NCBI GenBank assembly: GCA_964016885.1
Contig: OZ024740.1
Location: forward strand, 98,456,001-98,520,000
DNA from: Eledone cirrhosa
Taxonomy: Eukaryota
Length of the DNA stretch: 64,000 nucleotides
Direction of reading: 5' to 3'
Part shown: positions 25,742 to 36,788 of the stretch, piece after piece
Numbering within the stretch: position 1 is the first letter of the stretch
Layout: the number at the start of each line of letters is the position of its first letter
Translations under genes and position numbers: made by a program
The notes under the pieces: model-generated
Database searches by the model: none
Told to the model about the DNA's origin: nothing
Seen by the model: the letters and a program-made list of their open reading frames with translations, nothing else

Positions 25742-27360
25742 TAGCAACTAACAGTGCTGCGATCGAATGTGGCTTTTTAGCCCAGCCAATGATCTAAAAT
25801 ATCTTGCACAGAGTCGGCAACCAAAACATTCACTGGGAATAGTCGGCTGTGGTTGGAGTTCGTGTACTTTTGCATGTCGCTTGAGCCCTCCTGCTGATTT
25901 ACATTCTCTACCACATGTTTGGCAAGCATGATGCGTAGCATCTCCAACAGCAGCCTGGTAGTCAACCACTGGTCTTACTTTATGACTGCGAAGATGACTT
26001 TCGAGTCCAGCTTTGCTTAGGCAGAGTCTCGCACAGACGCTGCATGTCAGCACCATAGGAGGACCCTCGCCGTCTGGAAGTGCAACAGCAATGCCCTTCC
26101 TCACATCCCGCTTTACTTTCTCGTGTGCGATTCGAGATGCCTCAAAGGCAACTTTTCCCTCATATACAGTCTTTCTCCATTTATTACGATCAGCAGCAAT
26201 ATTGTCCCATGTATCAGCAGAGATGTTAGCGTCTTTCAGAGAGGCTTTCAAGGAATCCTTATACCTCTTTTTTGGTTTATGTGGTGGTCGTTTTCCTTTA
26301 ACCAACTCTCCATAAGAGAGTTGTTTTGGTATTCTAGAATCCTTCATCCTGGCAAAGTGACCACTCCAACGGAGTCGTTGCTTAAGCACAAGAGCTTCTA
26401 TACTGTCACACATAGAGCTTTCCAAAATCTCGACATCACTGATGTGGTCCCTCCAGTGAACGCCATGGATCCGTCTGAGACACATCTGATGGAAACGCTC
26501 CAATTGCTTAAGGTGGTGTCGATATGTGACCCAGGTCTCGCAGGCATAAAGAAGACAAGAGAGTACACATGCCCTGTACACCTTTACCTTTGTCCTCCTG
26601 CATATGTCTCGCCGACCCCAGAGTCGCCTTTCTAGCTTTCCGAAAGCATCACTTGCTTTCCTAATCCTAAGTGAGATTTCACTGTCAAGGTTGCCGTATC
26701 GATTGACAGTGCTTCCCAGGTAGACAAACTGATCAACCACTCCAAGTCGTTTGCCATACACATAGATGTTTGGTTCAGTGTACTGCTTACTAGGGGCAGG
26801 TTGGTACATGACGACGGTTTTCTTGAGACTGACAGTCAAACCCAGGGCAGTGCAAGCGTCAGAAAATGCATTCAAAATGTGCTGCATATCACTCTCTGTG
26901 TGCGCTACAAGATGGCAATCATCTGCATACAAGAGGTCTCTTATGATTGATGTAAATACTTTTGTCTTCGCAGCAAAGCGCCTGATGTTAAATATGCTGC
27001 CTGAGGTTCGATATCGGATGTAAACAACATGCTCGCAATTCCTGAATGCAATACAGAAAACCATTGCAAAGTATATGGCTAACAGGGTTGGTGCTGGAAT
27101 ATCCCGCTGTTTCACTCCATTTTTTACTGAGATAGGCTCCGACATGTTACCTCCGACATTAACCCAAGCCTTCATGTCGTCATGGAAAGACCTAACTAAA
27201 GCAAGGAACTTATCAGGGCAACCAAGTTTCTGGAGAACCTTCCATAATGCATCTCTGTTGACAGTATCGAAAGCCTTTGTCAGATCGACAAAAACCTGAT
27301 ACAGATCTAAGCCGTGTTCAATGCACTTCTCCTGGAGCTGTCTAGCTGAGAAGATCATAT
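25396..27360 (-). mobile_element. 5'-truncated RTE/BovB-type LINE nested in the hAT element; 3' UTR filled with microsatellites
   Basis: Uninterrupted RT ORF; RTE-like terminal motif TGGCCATACTCGATAACGAGGGGGCAGCCATCAT at 25396-25430 (minus strand). Confidence 0.88.
25748..27359 (-). CDS. RTE reverse transcriptase (N-terminally truncated, open frame) with three C-terminal C2H2 zinc fingers
   Basis: DMIFSARQLQEKC, FVDLTKAFDTV, GVKQRDIPAP, LYADD, FVYLGS, LRWSGH; then CSVC..H..H, CQTC..H..H, CRLC..H..H. The first ~18 aa of the ORF call are microsatellite. Confidence 0.85.
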
Positions 27361-27562
27361 CATACATACATACATACATACACACACACATATACACACA
27401 CACATATATACACACACAGGGCGGTGTTTTTGTTTGATGAAGTTGAGAACCTGGTCAGCTTTCAGCCAGAAGTGTGGTATTTAATCTCCCTAGGTAATAA
27501 AATCTGGCGACAAAAATGTTCTCTCACCAAAAAAAGAAGACATAGATAATATCAACATTTTT

Positions 27563-27661
27563 ACACACTTAAATATAAATGCATGTATATATACAAATGT
27601 ATAAATGCGTAGCTATATACATACGTAAATGTATGTATATATGTATGTATGAATGTAGATT

Positions 27662-27750
<89 letters not shown>

Positions 27751-27868
27751 CTATATACATATATATATATAAATCTACATACAGACATATATACATACAT
27801 TTACGTATGTATATAGCTATGCATTTATACATTTGTATATATATACATGCATTTATATTTAAGTGTGT
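27563..27868. repeat. Fold-back inverted repeat of degenerate microsatellite (~100-bp arms) around a pure (TA)n core
   Basis: ACACACTTAAATATAAATGCATGTATAT.. versus ..ATATACATGCATTTATATTTAAGTGTGT. Confidence 0.9.
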
Positions 27869-27925
27869 GCGGTTATATATATATATATATATAAATGTGT
27901 GTGTGTATAATATATATATTATACC

Positions 27926-27965
<40 letters not shown>

Positions 27966-27969
27966 CATA

Positions 27970-28200
27970 CAGTGTGACAAGAAGCTTGTTTTCCAACCAC
28001 ATATTTCCGGGTTCAGTCCCACTGCCCGAGCCGACCAAAGCCCTGTGAGTGGATTTGATAGATCGAAACTAAAAGAAGCCCGTCGTATATATGTATATAT
28101 GTCTGTGTGTGTCTTTGCGTTTATGTTTGCCCTCCCACCAATCCTTGTTGGTTTGTTGACGTCCCCATAACTTACCAAGGTGATGCTCCAGCATGGGCGT
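27970..28200 (+). mobile_element. tRNA-derived SINE, second family, internally deleted
   Basis: AAGAAGCTTG..CCAACCACAT..CCGGGTTCAGTCCCACTGC..GACCAAAGCC.TGTGAGTGGATTTG; related to 32462 and 36153. Confidence 0.7.
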
Positions 28201-28259
28201 AGTCCAGAGAGAGAAAAAAAGTAAAATATATGTGTGTGTGGGGGGGGGGGGGTGTAGAA

Positions 28260-28663
28260 GAGGGGTCTCAAACTCAAGGACACAAAAGGGCTATTACGTC
28301 CTGGAGGAGAGGCACAGTGGGCCAAACGTGGTAGTGGGTGATAATTTTCACCAGTTATAATCATTTCTACTATGGGAACAAGGCATGAAACTTGGGATTT
28401 AGGCTTCAGTCGATTGCATCGATCCTAGTACACAACTGGTACTTAATTCATCGACCCCAAAAGGATGTAAGGCAAAGTTGAGATCGGCGGAATTTGAACT
28501 CAGAACGTAAAAACGGAAGAAGTACGTTAAGCATTTCGCCAGATGTGCTAACGATTCCACCAGCTCGCCGCCTTATTTTCACCAGTTATAATGCGATATG
28601 AAATATTGGGTCTAACACGGGCCACAGATAAGTAGTTCGCGGGCCGCATGTGTGAGCCCCCTG
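28260..28663. mobile_element. Non-autonomous Charlie-like hAT MITE containing a SINE
   Basis: Ends (G)AGGGGTCTCAAACTC and GCGGGCCGCATGTGTGAGCCCCCTG; TSD degenerate. Confidence 0.6.
28362..28574 (-). mobile_element. tRNA-derived SINE with 18-bp TSD
   Basis: TSD ATTTTCACCAGTTATAAT at 28344-28361 and 28575-28592; minus strand GGCGGCGAGCTGG..CTGAGTTCAAATTCCGCCG. Confidence 0.92.
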
Positions 28664-28677
28664 TTGGAGATAAATAT

Positions 28678-28722
<45 letters not shown>

Positions 28723-28799
28723 CGTGTACCAAACACACACACATTTCTTACTGTCTCTATTCCTCCCTCTTTTTCTCTTCATTTATATATATATATATA

Positions 28800-29153
28800 T
28801 AAGAAAAATATGGGGAGAAGAATACTGCATGGTTGCACATGGATTACATATTATCAAATTAGTCCCTCATCAGTGATTTGCCAACGATCATTGGTATTTC
28901 ATCGCATTAAAAATCATATACCTCACGTTGGTGCGAGCAATAACTAAAATAAGTTATTGGGACAAATGAAACGCGTAAAGCGAGTGAGACAAGTAAACAA
29001 CACGAAGGGAAGGCTAACCGAAGATGGGAAGAAAAAACAAGCAACATGGTTATTCGATCAGTATAAACTGGGTGAATTCATGAGTGTGTAGGAAACAGAC
29101 CTTTCGCTGTGAGTGAGATGTGAGAAAGAAGGAAAATCTGACCCCTAGCGAAC

Positions 29154-29155
<2 letters not shown>
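28800..29155 (-). mobile_element. Short non-coding element between (TA)n tracts, diverged relative of 39170-40090
   Basis: 28810-29000 aligns with 39780-39975. Confidence 0.7.
28859..28947 (-). ncRNA. Candidate non-canonically permuted, K-turn-containing hammerhead ribozyme, copy A
   Basis: TTAGTT ATTGC TCGCA CCAACG TGA GGTA TA TGATTT TTAA TGCGA T GAAA TACC AAT GAT CGTTGG C AAATCA CTGATGA GG GACTAA; see findings. Confidence 0.65.
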
Positions 29156-29234
<79 letters not shown>

Positions 29235-29719
29235 CGCGTCTATGTGTGTTTGTGTGTGTCTGTGTATCTATCTATGTATATATATATATATATAAGGGAT
29301 ACAAATACGACTTTCTCACTGTCTCCAAGCTTCTCAATTCATTCGTTCCTAAGTATTTTATTTTGCTACGAGGTATTTTATTTTGCAAGGTAGTATTTTT
29401 CCCCTGAGTTTGTGATTTCAGAGAAAGGTAAGACATTCTTCATATTTTACATCTTTTGTATTTTGACTTTACAGTTTGAATTGTAGAATTGTTTATCCAA
29501 TCAAAATATTACAACAGCTAACAGTGAAATATAGAATTTTAAAAAAGCTTATTCTACTGAAATCAAGTCTTTGAGACCATTCACGTCTATGTTTCAAAAA
29601 TATATAATTTGAAATTGTTTGCTTTTGTTTTGGACTGAAACTATTTTTGTATTTAATTCGTACGGGTATTTTTTAAAGATCTTTTTAAAAATTCTAACAT
29701 AACTTTATTTGGCCCATTA

Positions 29720-30170
29720 CGTGCACTGAGGCATTCATATTCCTCAACTTATTATTACTAAGTCCGTACAACCAGCTTCACTTATCAAAACTGTTCTAGC
29801 TTACGTGAATGAATTGCGGAAACTATATAGTACATCAGGGAAATTTAAGCAAGCGTATTTATCACAACATGATGAAGAAAATGAAGTATCATCACCACGC
29901 TCCTTAACACCTGTGTGCCCTACTCGATGGCTAACACGACTTTCTGCAGTCAAATCCCTTCTGGACAATTATTCAGATGTCCCTATTTCTTTACATGAGG
30001 CAACAAATGAGTTTGGCACCAACATTGCATCCAGAGCTAATGTTATTCTTACGTTTCACTCTCCGGGCCAATGTGTTCTTGGAGTGCACGTTGTAGTTCC
30101 ATTACTTCAATTCCTTGAAGGATTGAAGAAATCTTTTCAAAGTACAACCTTCAATCTAGGTAGCATGTTG
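29720..30170 (+). pseudogene. hAT transposase fragment (TRW-motif region; a different hAT lineage from the downstream Buster fragment)
   Basis: RSLTPVCPTRWLTRLSAVKSLLDNY in ORF 29805..30179. Confidence 0.7.
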
Positions 30171-30918
30171 CTTCTTTGAACTGTTCGACTCTATCATTGA
30201 GTTTCTTCGAGGACGCAACACAGAACTGTATAAAAAAAACCTCGATGTGAGGCAAGACTGCGCCTACCTCGCCGACATCTTCGACAAATGCAATAGCCTC
30301 ATTATGGCTTTGCAGGAGGAGAAGATCACCTTGTTTAAAGTAAGGAATGATGTGAAAATATTCCTGCCCAAATTGAAAGTCATCGAAATACATCTTTGTT
30401 GATGGGAATTCTATAATTTTCCTAGTGTCGCCAATGTTCAAAACATTGTGAGCGATGACCAACTCCAAATGTATACCACGCACCTCCATGCACTACAAGA
30501 CAACATGAGAGAACGGTTTGTTGACCTTTTGTAGATGGACATCCCAATGTGGGTAGCAGATCCCTTCATAGCTAACGTCGACGATTTCGACGTTAAATTT
30601 CAGGAAGAATTAATTGAACTTCAGACAGATGACATTATCAAAATTAAATTTTCCAAAATAGGTGAACCCTTTTTTGGATGCAAGAGGAAATTCAGCGTCG
30701 ATTTCCCACTCCTACATGCAGAGGCTAAGAGATTTGCTTTGCCTTTTCCTAGCTCATACTTAGTCGAGAGGGGGTTTGGCGTTGTTTCCAGACTGCATAG
30801 TAAGGCTCGCAACCGCTACAATGTGATTGCACGTGGAGATCTCCGGCTACAGCTCACGAAAATCCAGCCTGACGTCGAAGAGTTAGCTAAACTCCATGAA
30901 GATCAAGGGTACCATTAA
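30170..30918 (+). pseudogene. Buster/Charlie (SCAND3/ZBED5-like) hAT transposase C-terminal remnant
   Basis: LFDSIIEFL..DCAYLADIFDKCN..LQ; DIPMWVADPF..QEELIELQTD..LPFPSSYLVERGFGVV..KARNR..RGDLRLQLTKIQPD..H..QG.H. Confidence 0.88.
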
Positions 30919-32461
30919 TACGAGGTCAAAGTAAGTTGATTTTTTATTTGTAGTTGCAGTCTGACTGGACTGGAAACCATCTACCACAATTCATTTACTC
31001 ATTTGTTGTATATATTTTACCGTTTACTAATGAATATACCCTCTTACGTGGTCATGAAAACCCTCTTGCGTGGTCTCTAAGCTCATAAAGCAGAGGAACA
31101 TCAAGTTAGATATCAACATTTATTCTGTCCGTTTCATTAAAGGTAAAATTGGAAAGCTTTGAAATTATACAATTGCCACTTTCTTCCAGATAAGAGCACT
31201 CTTTGGATAGACAGAGTTGCTCTTGTATAAATGTTCAAAATAGCTGTTATTGTCTGGTGGGAATATAACAAATTCAACTGGCCCTTATTCATAACAAAGA
31301 ACATTTATGTTCCATTTTTTGAAATTTATATACTTCCTTTCAAGGAATGTATTTATACTTTCAACTGCCTGCAATGGTATCTTTGGAATATCGTTAATCA
31401 ATTTTTTAGTAATCTACTGATATCAAAATCAGTAGTATATTGAAAAATGGAAAAATAGGGTAGGGGGCGTTTCGTGATTTTGAGGGGCAAAAGGGGGTGT
31501 TTGGCCGAAATGGGTTGAGAACCTTTGATGTAGAAGAATGACAGTGGATCACTTCCATTTACTGATACTGAAAAGAAAGATGAATGGTCGTACTATAACA
31601 AAATATTGTTGAATGAAGAGTACATATAGGAGAATTAGGGTCTCTCTTAAGTCAATCCAATTGAAGGACTAGCCATTTAATTTGACAGCAGTGTTGTAAA
31701 TATGTTGATTAAGGATATGAAGGTAGAAAAGGCAGATGATATTTCAGGGATTGTTGATAGATACAGGTTATTGACTCATATAATGCAGGAAAGTAGTCTA
31801 CCATGATCAACATATGGCTAGTGAATAAACAAAGTGGCTCAAAGACTAACTGAATACAACTTTGTGAAGAATATATCAATCTCCCTGAAATTGATATAAC
31901 TGACTGTTCCTTTCACCACCATCCGCCCAACACACATCATTTATGGCCTTGTGCTTATTTTAGAAATCATGTTATTATCTTGTTAACTCCTTTTCCCATG
32001 TATGTTGGATTTACTTGTGTATGACTTATTTAGACAGTTTGCGAAAGCAAAGTTACTTAGACCACAAACCTCATTCAACTTAATACAATATAATATTTTG
32101 ACTCAATACAAAGATTGCATTTGTAAATATTTAATCTTACTGCAATCTGTATTTGTTATTTCAGCATTTGTCTGTAAATAGAAAGCTTAAAACATGCCAA
32201 CGATGCATATTCAAAAGATTTTAGATTTCTCTGTTCCATATTACCATTTAACCTTGGAAGAAAGATTTGAAAAACTTGTGTAGATTTATACTTGGTTTCT
32301 GGTTGTTCAGAATTCTATCTGTTATCCTTAAACATAATACATTAAACTCATGGTACTTAAAGATGTTATTTTATTAATTTTGAATATTTTTTTTAGTACT
32401 ACGTTTAATTCAGAAAGCAAAATTAATTATGTATCAATATATGTATATATGTATAAATGAA

Positions 32462-32805
32462 GGCATGGCTATGTAGTTAGGAATTTTGCGTTGCTGCCAT
32501 GTGGTTTCATGTTCAGTCCTACTGTGTGGTACCTTGGCAAGACTCTTCTACTATAGCCTTTGGTTAATCCTCATTATCATCATCACCATCATTAATGTCC
32601 ATATGAGTGAAATTTGGGGCATGGAACTGCAGAAATGTGTCATGTGTGTGTGTGATTCCCTAACTTTGCACTTTAGCAAATGAAATAGATAAAATACATG
32701 CCAGTATTTAAAACAATAGTGGGATGAATATGACTGATTACATCTCTTCAAGTTGGTGGATGATCATGGCTGTCATCTAATGATTGAAACCAATAAAATA
32801 ATCAA
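32462..32805 (+). mobile_element. tRNA-derived SINE (second family), decayed
   Basis: GGCATGGCTATGTAGTTAGGAA..GTTCAGTCCTACTGTGTGGTACCTTGGCAAG..CTTCTACTATAGCC; 3' end TGAAACCAATAAAA. Confidence 0.65.
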
Positions 32806-33368
32806 ATAACTCCTCCTTCTTCTTGTTTTTATCTGGGTTGAAACTAAAGTAAGTAAGGAAAGAAAAAGGCAGACAAACGTAGGATAACAGTTGACAGCAT
32901 GTTTCTTCCTGATAAATCTTGGGATTTATGATAATTTTCTATTCATGTTTTCTAAGTAAACTCAAATCAAGTATATGCAAGAAGAAAAACATGCCAAGCA
33001 TGACCATCCCTCTTTTCATAGAGCTAATTACGTCCTCCCCAATTTTTTTCAAGGCAGTAATTTAAGTTATGATGGAGATTTGGCTACAGTTTCTAGGAAA
33101 TAGAATGCCACTTAGAAGTTTTCTCATTGGCTTTGCTTTTGATTTTAATAGTTGGAACTTGGTGAACTTCCTATTTTATTCATTTAATGGTTTCAGTTTT
33201 TAGACTGATGACATGGTAGTTTCCTGTTTATCATGTTATTTTGTCCCATGTAAACATAAATTGAGTAGGTCTAGGATCAAAAGCATATCCATCATGTCTA
33301 TTTAAAAGTATCTAAGACTACATTATACAGGAGGCTCTTAAAAATGTATGTAGACTGTGAATGTTTAA

Positions 33369-33583
33369 CCCTTTAGCATTTAAACTGGCTATATTCGGCC
33401 AGTATTCTTTCAATTCTTTCTGTTCAAACCAGCCATAACCGGCTGCTCATACTGATGTATTGTTCTCAAAATAAATAATATCAAAATCTCATAGATTTGA
33501 TATTATGTGAGATAATTATGTGAGATAAAGTGTTTACTGTGAAAATATAATAGTGAATATAGAGTAATGTAAATGCTAACGGG
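33369..33583. mobile_element. piggyBac-type MITE
   Basis: TTAA TSD (33365-33368, 33584-33587); TIRs CCCTTTAGCATTTA / TAAATGCTAACGGG, 13/14. Confidence 0.85.
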
Positions 33584-34473
33584 TTAAGATGTATCTAGGT
33601 TTTATAATTCAAATTAGAGAGGTACATGTGTAACCAATTTGAATTATTACAAATGTTTGAACTGATAGTCCTTCTTTTCTAAACTCTGCTGACAATGCAG
33701 ATCAATTGAATTGCAAGCATCACAAATCATTTAACTGTTATTTGAGCTCATTCTCTTTCAATGAATATTTTAATTTTATTCCATTGATTGCTGATGGTTT
33801 TGCATGAGGGAACTTAATCTTTGGAGTCCCCATAACAAAATATGCATGCGCATGAAGTTGGGTGATTGTGAAAGCTAGTAAATGCTATCATTTCACTTAA
33901 TCTCCTAAATTAACAGATGTTTATCGAGGAAGACCTTCACATATTATTAACTAAGGCAACGTACTACATCTTGCTGTAAATAGGACTTCTATTCTTCTAT
34001 TTCTCCTCAAATACCCCTTAAAAATGTGACATGAGAGTATCTTTCAGTGAGTTCAAAGTTATGGCACTAGTCACAAAAAATGTCAAAAAGGAATAGTTCT
34101 GTTAGAGATTGATGTTAAATATCCAGTTGTTTTTCTTCTCTTGTGGGGATTGTTGATGCCTGCAGCCTTCTAAAATAATGATTGAGAATGTCATGACCAG
34201 CTGCTTCTACTTCAAACTTATATATGATGTAAACATTGGTTAAATGTTGTTGGATCTCTTTTAAACTCCTTTCTAAAACGATTTTGCACCTCAGCAACAT
34301 TCTTGCACCTCCACTAGTACTTGATAATACATTTCTTTTTCTCAGTGCTTTGTATCATTTCAGCCATTATTCATAACCAGCTTCACCTGAAGCAGAAACA
34401 TTATTTAATGAGTTATGTGCTGAGAAATATATCTATCTTTTAATTGTGTTGTTGCTTGAAAGAATGTCAGGCT

Positions 34474-34645
34474 AGGTGAATTGGCAGTATCAGTAGAGGG
34501 TCTGACATGCTTTCCAGCATAGTTACGTTCCTTTACGATCTGAGTTCAAATCCCGCCGAGGTTAACTTTGCCATTCATCATTACAGGGTCGATAAAATAA
34601 AGTACCAGTAATGTACTGGCCTTGTTCCAAAAAGTAGAAACAATT
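34474..34645 (+). mobile_element. tRNA-derived SINE (first family)
   Basis: GGTGAATTGGCAGTATC..CTGAGTTCAAATCCCGCCGAGGTTAACTTTGCC..GGGTCGATAAAATAAAGTACCAGT. Confidence 0.88.
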
Positions 34646-35227
34646 ATGATAAAAAATAAAAAAATGTTTCTGATATTTTGCAAATACTGCCTGCAAACAA
34701 ACCTTTGTAAAATATTATTTCGGCCAGTTTTGTTTGTAGAAGGTTTAGTAAATCAAAGTCTACTTTAAACAGTCTAACTACCATCATCAGTATGGAACAT
34801 GAACTAGGAGCTGAGATACAAATTGTGATATCAGTTATTAAATCTGTAAATATGAATTCTGTTTGATTAAATTATTTGATACTGAGTCTGTTCAATCAAA
34901 AGGGAACAGACTGCCCAAAGAAGATAATATTGAGCCAAATGTCTCACACTACAAGCAAAATTACAGGCCTTTAATGATTACAGTAACATAATGAGAAATT
35001 TATTTATTTCACTGAACCTCTCCCAATATTTGATGAATTTCAAAATTATATAAAAGATCATAGGCAGTGTCATTTTTCACCAGAAATATGGTAGCAAAAG
35101 AATTGAAAAGCTCTTATGATTTCCCCTCTTGGTCATTCATATTTATCTAATAATACTGTATGCAGTTGTTTTTTTTTGTTTTATTTATTGTTATTATTAC
35201 TAATTTTTTCCCCCTTTCTTTGAAAAG

Positions 35228-35425
35228 TGATGGATTAGCAGTATTGGTAGAGCATTGGACAACATGCTTTGTGGTATATAGTTACATCCCTATACATTCT
35301 GAGTTAGCTTTACCTTTTATCCTTACAGGGTTGATAAAATAAATATCAGTACTTCACTGGGGTCAATTTAAGCAACTTTTTCCTCCTCAAAAATTGTTGG
35401 CCGTGTGCTTAAATCAGAAACCATT
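35228..35425 (+). mobile_element. Decayed SINE (first family). Further decayed copies at about 23100-23190, 52900-53110, 53690-53850, 53945-54020, 55190-55310 and 56910-57030
   Basis: Core CTTTACCTTTTATCCTTACAGGGTTGATAAAATAAATATCAGT. Confidence 0.65.
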
Positions 35426-35974
35426 ACAAGTTTTTTGTAAGGAAGTGATAATGTAATAATTTTATGATAAGAATAGAAATGTTTAAATCTCTATGAGTTT
35501 CTGCCATTGCACCAATGTTATAAATACTTTAACTGCTTCCTCAGACAATTATGTCTCTAAAAGTCAGTAGAATTTAGATTTACTTAGTTTTACTTTTAGC
35601 TGACTTGCTCCTTGAGTTCTTTTATTTCATTATTTGTCTTGAGTTGTTTGGGATTGTGGCAGAGGTAGTGTTATTGTCCTTCCGTTCTTAACTAAATAGA
35701 AAAAAAAAATCATTTACTAAGCTATTGGTCTTGTATAAACATAATAAATATATCTATCTATCATTTTACTGGTTTCTGCCTCTTTATGGGACCAACAACA
35801 GTGTTAGTACTCAATGTGGCTTTGAAGAGATGGTTTCAACAAGATTAGGCAATGATTAATATAGTTTTTGTAGAAGGCACTTATCACATAAGGTTCCGTC
35901 AAAGATGCCACTCAAGATACAGAATCATATATATATATATACATGTGTTTGTGTGTGTATTGAAACTGAAGTAA

Positions 35975-36093
35975 AAGATAGGTTCTTAATTAGTTCGTTG
36001 TTTTACGGTCTTTTCAGAGGTTTCATTGATCATGGTGCATCGTAAATGGCCTGAAACATTTGTAAAATAATGAACTAATTAAGAACCTATCTT
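35975..36093. repeat. Short fold-back (PLE-end-like) between microsatellites
   Basis: AAGATAGGTTCTTAATTAGTTC / GAACTAATTAAGAACCTATCTT; right arm begins with the 3' half of an HHR-like motif GAAAC-ATTT-GTA. Confidence 0.8.
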
Positions 36094-36152
36094 CAACTTT
36101 TGTTTTATTTTCATTGTTGAGCACACACATATGTATTATTATCATATATATA

Positions 36153-36310
36153 ACTGTGTGGTTAAAGAATTTGCATTGTAACCACAGTAACTTCTTGATT
36201 ATTGGTTCAGTCTTACTGTGTGATACGTTGGGTAAGTGACTTCTACAATAGACTCAGGTTAATCAATGTCTTTAGTGTGAAATTTAGTACTAACTTAGAA
36301 CTAGACTAGA
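36153..36310 (+). mobile_element. SINE head (second family)
   Basis: CTGTGTGGTTAAAGAATTTGC..GGTTCAGTCTTACTGTGTG..TTGGGTAAGTGACTTCTACAATAG. Confidence 0.6.
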
Positions 36311-36788
36311 GACTGTATATAATATGTATGATGAAAATGTGCTGGGGATGATTATTTGCATATACTGGGAACCTGGTTTGCCTTGATTAATTGACAGTAG
36401 CACTACAATGGCATTAAGCATAATGAAAGCATATAATATATGTTTATATAGAAACAAGCATGGGAGCTGATATTTCTATTTCTTATATGCAAATGAGCAT
36501 CAATAGCAGATGTTCACCACACAAAATCTATATAGGCTCTAGTCTATTTTCATGTCAATACCTGTTGAGTGAATGTCATTGAAGAAAGATTAATGAATCT
36601 TAAACAGCACTGTCTGGATTTTTTAACTGCTACTAACTACTAACATTTCTGTGTCATATTCACAGAAAGAAAAATAATTTTTTCATAATAAAAAAATATT
36701 TTTTCTTTGATAGCGAGGCTCCCATATGTTTATTGTATATAAAGATATAGTAAATATCTTTACACAACTTTACTGACATATATATATA

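Larger units (their letters stand above)
25125..31527 (+). mobile_element. Buster/Charlie-type hAT DNA transposon with many nested insertions
   Basis: TIRs TAAAGGTTCTCAAC (25125-25138) and GTTGAGAACCTTTG (31514-31527), 13/14; perfect 8-bp TSD ATGTAGAA (25117-25124, 31528-31535) fitting NNNTANNN; Buster transposase C-terminus at 30170-30918. Confidence 0.88.
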
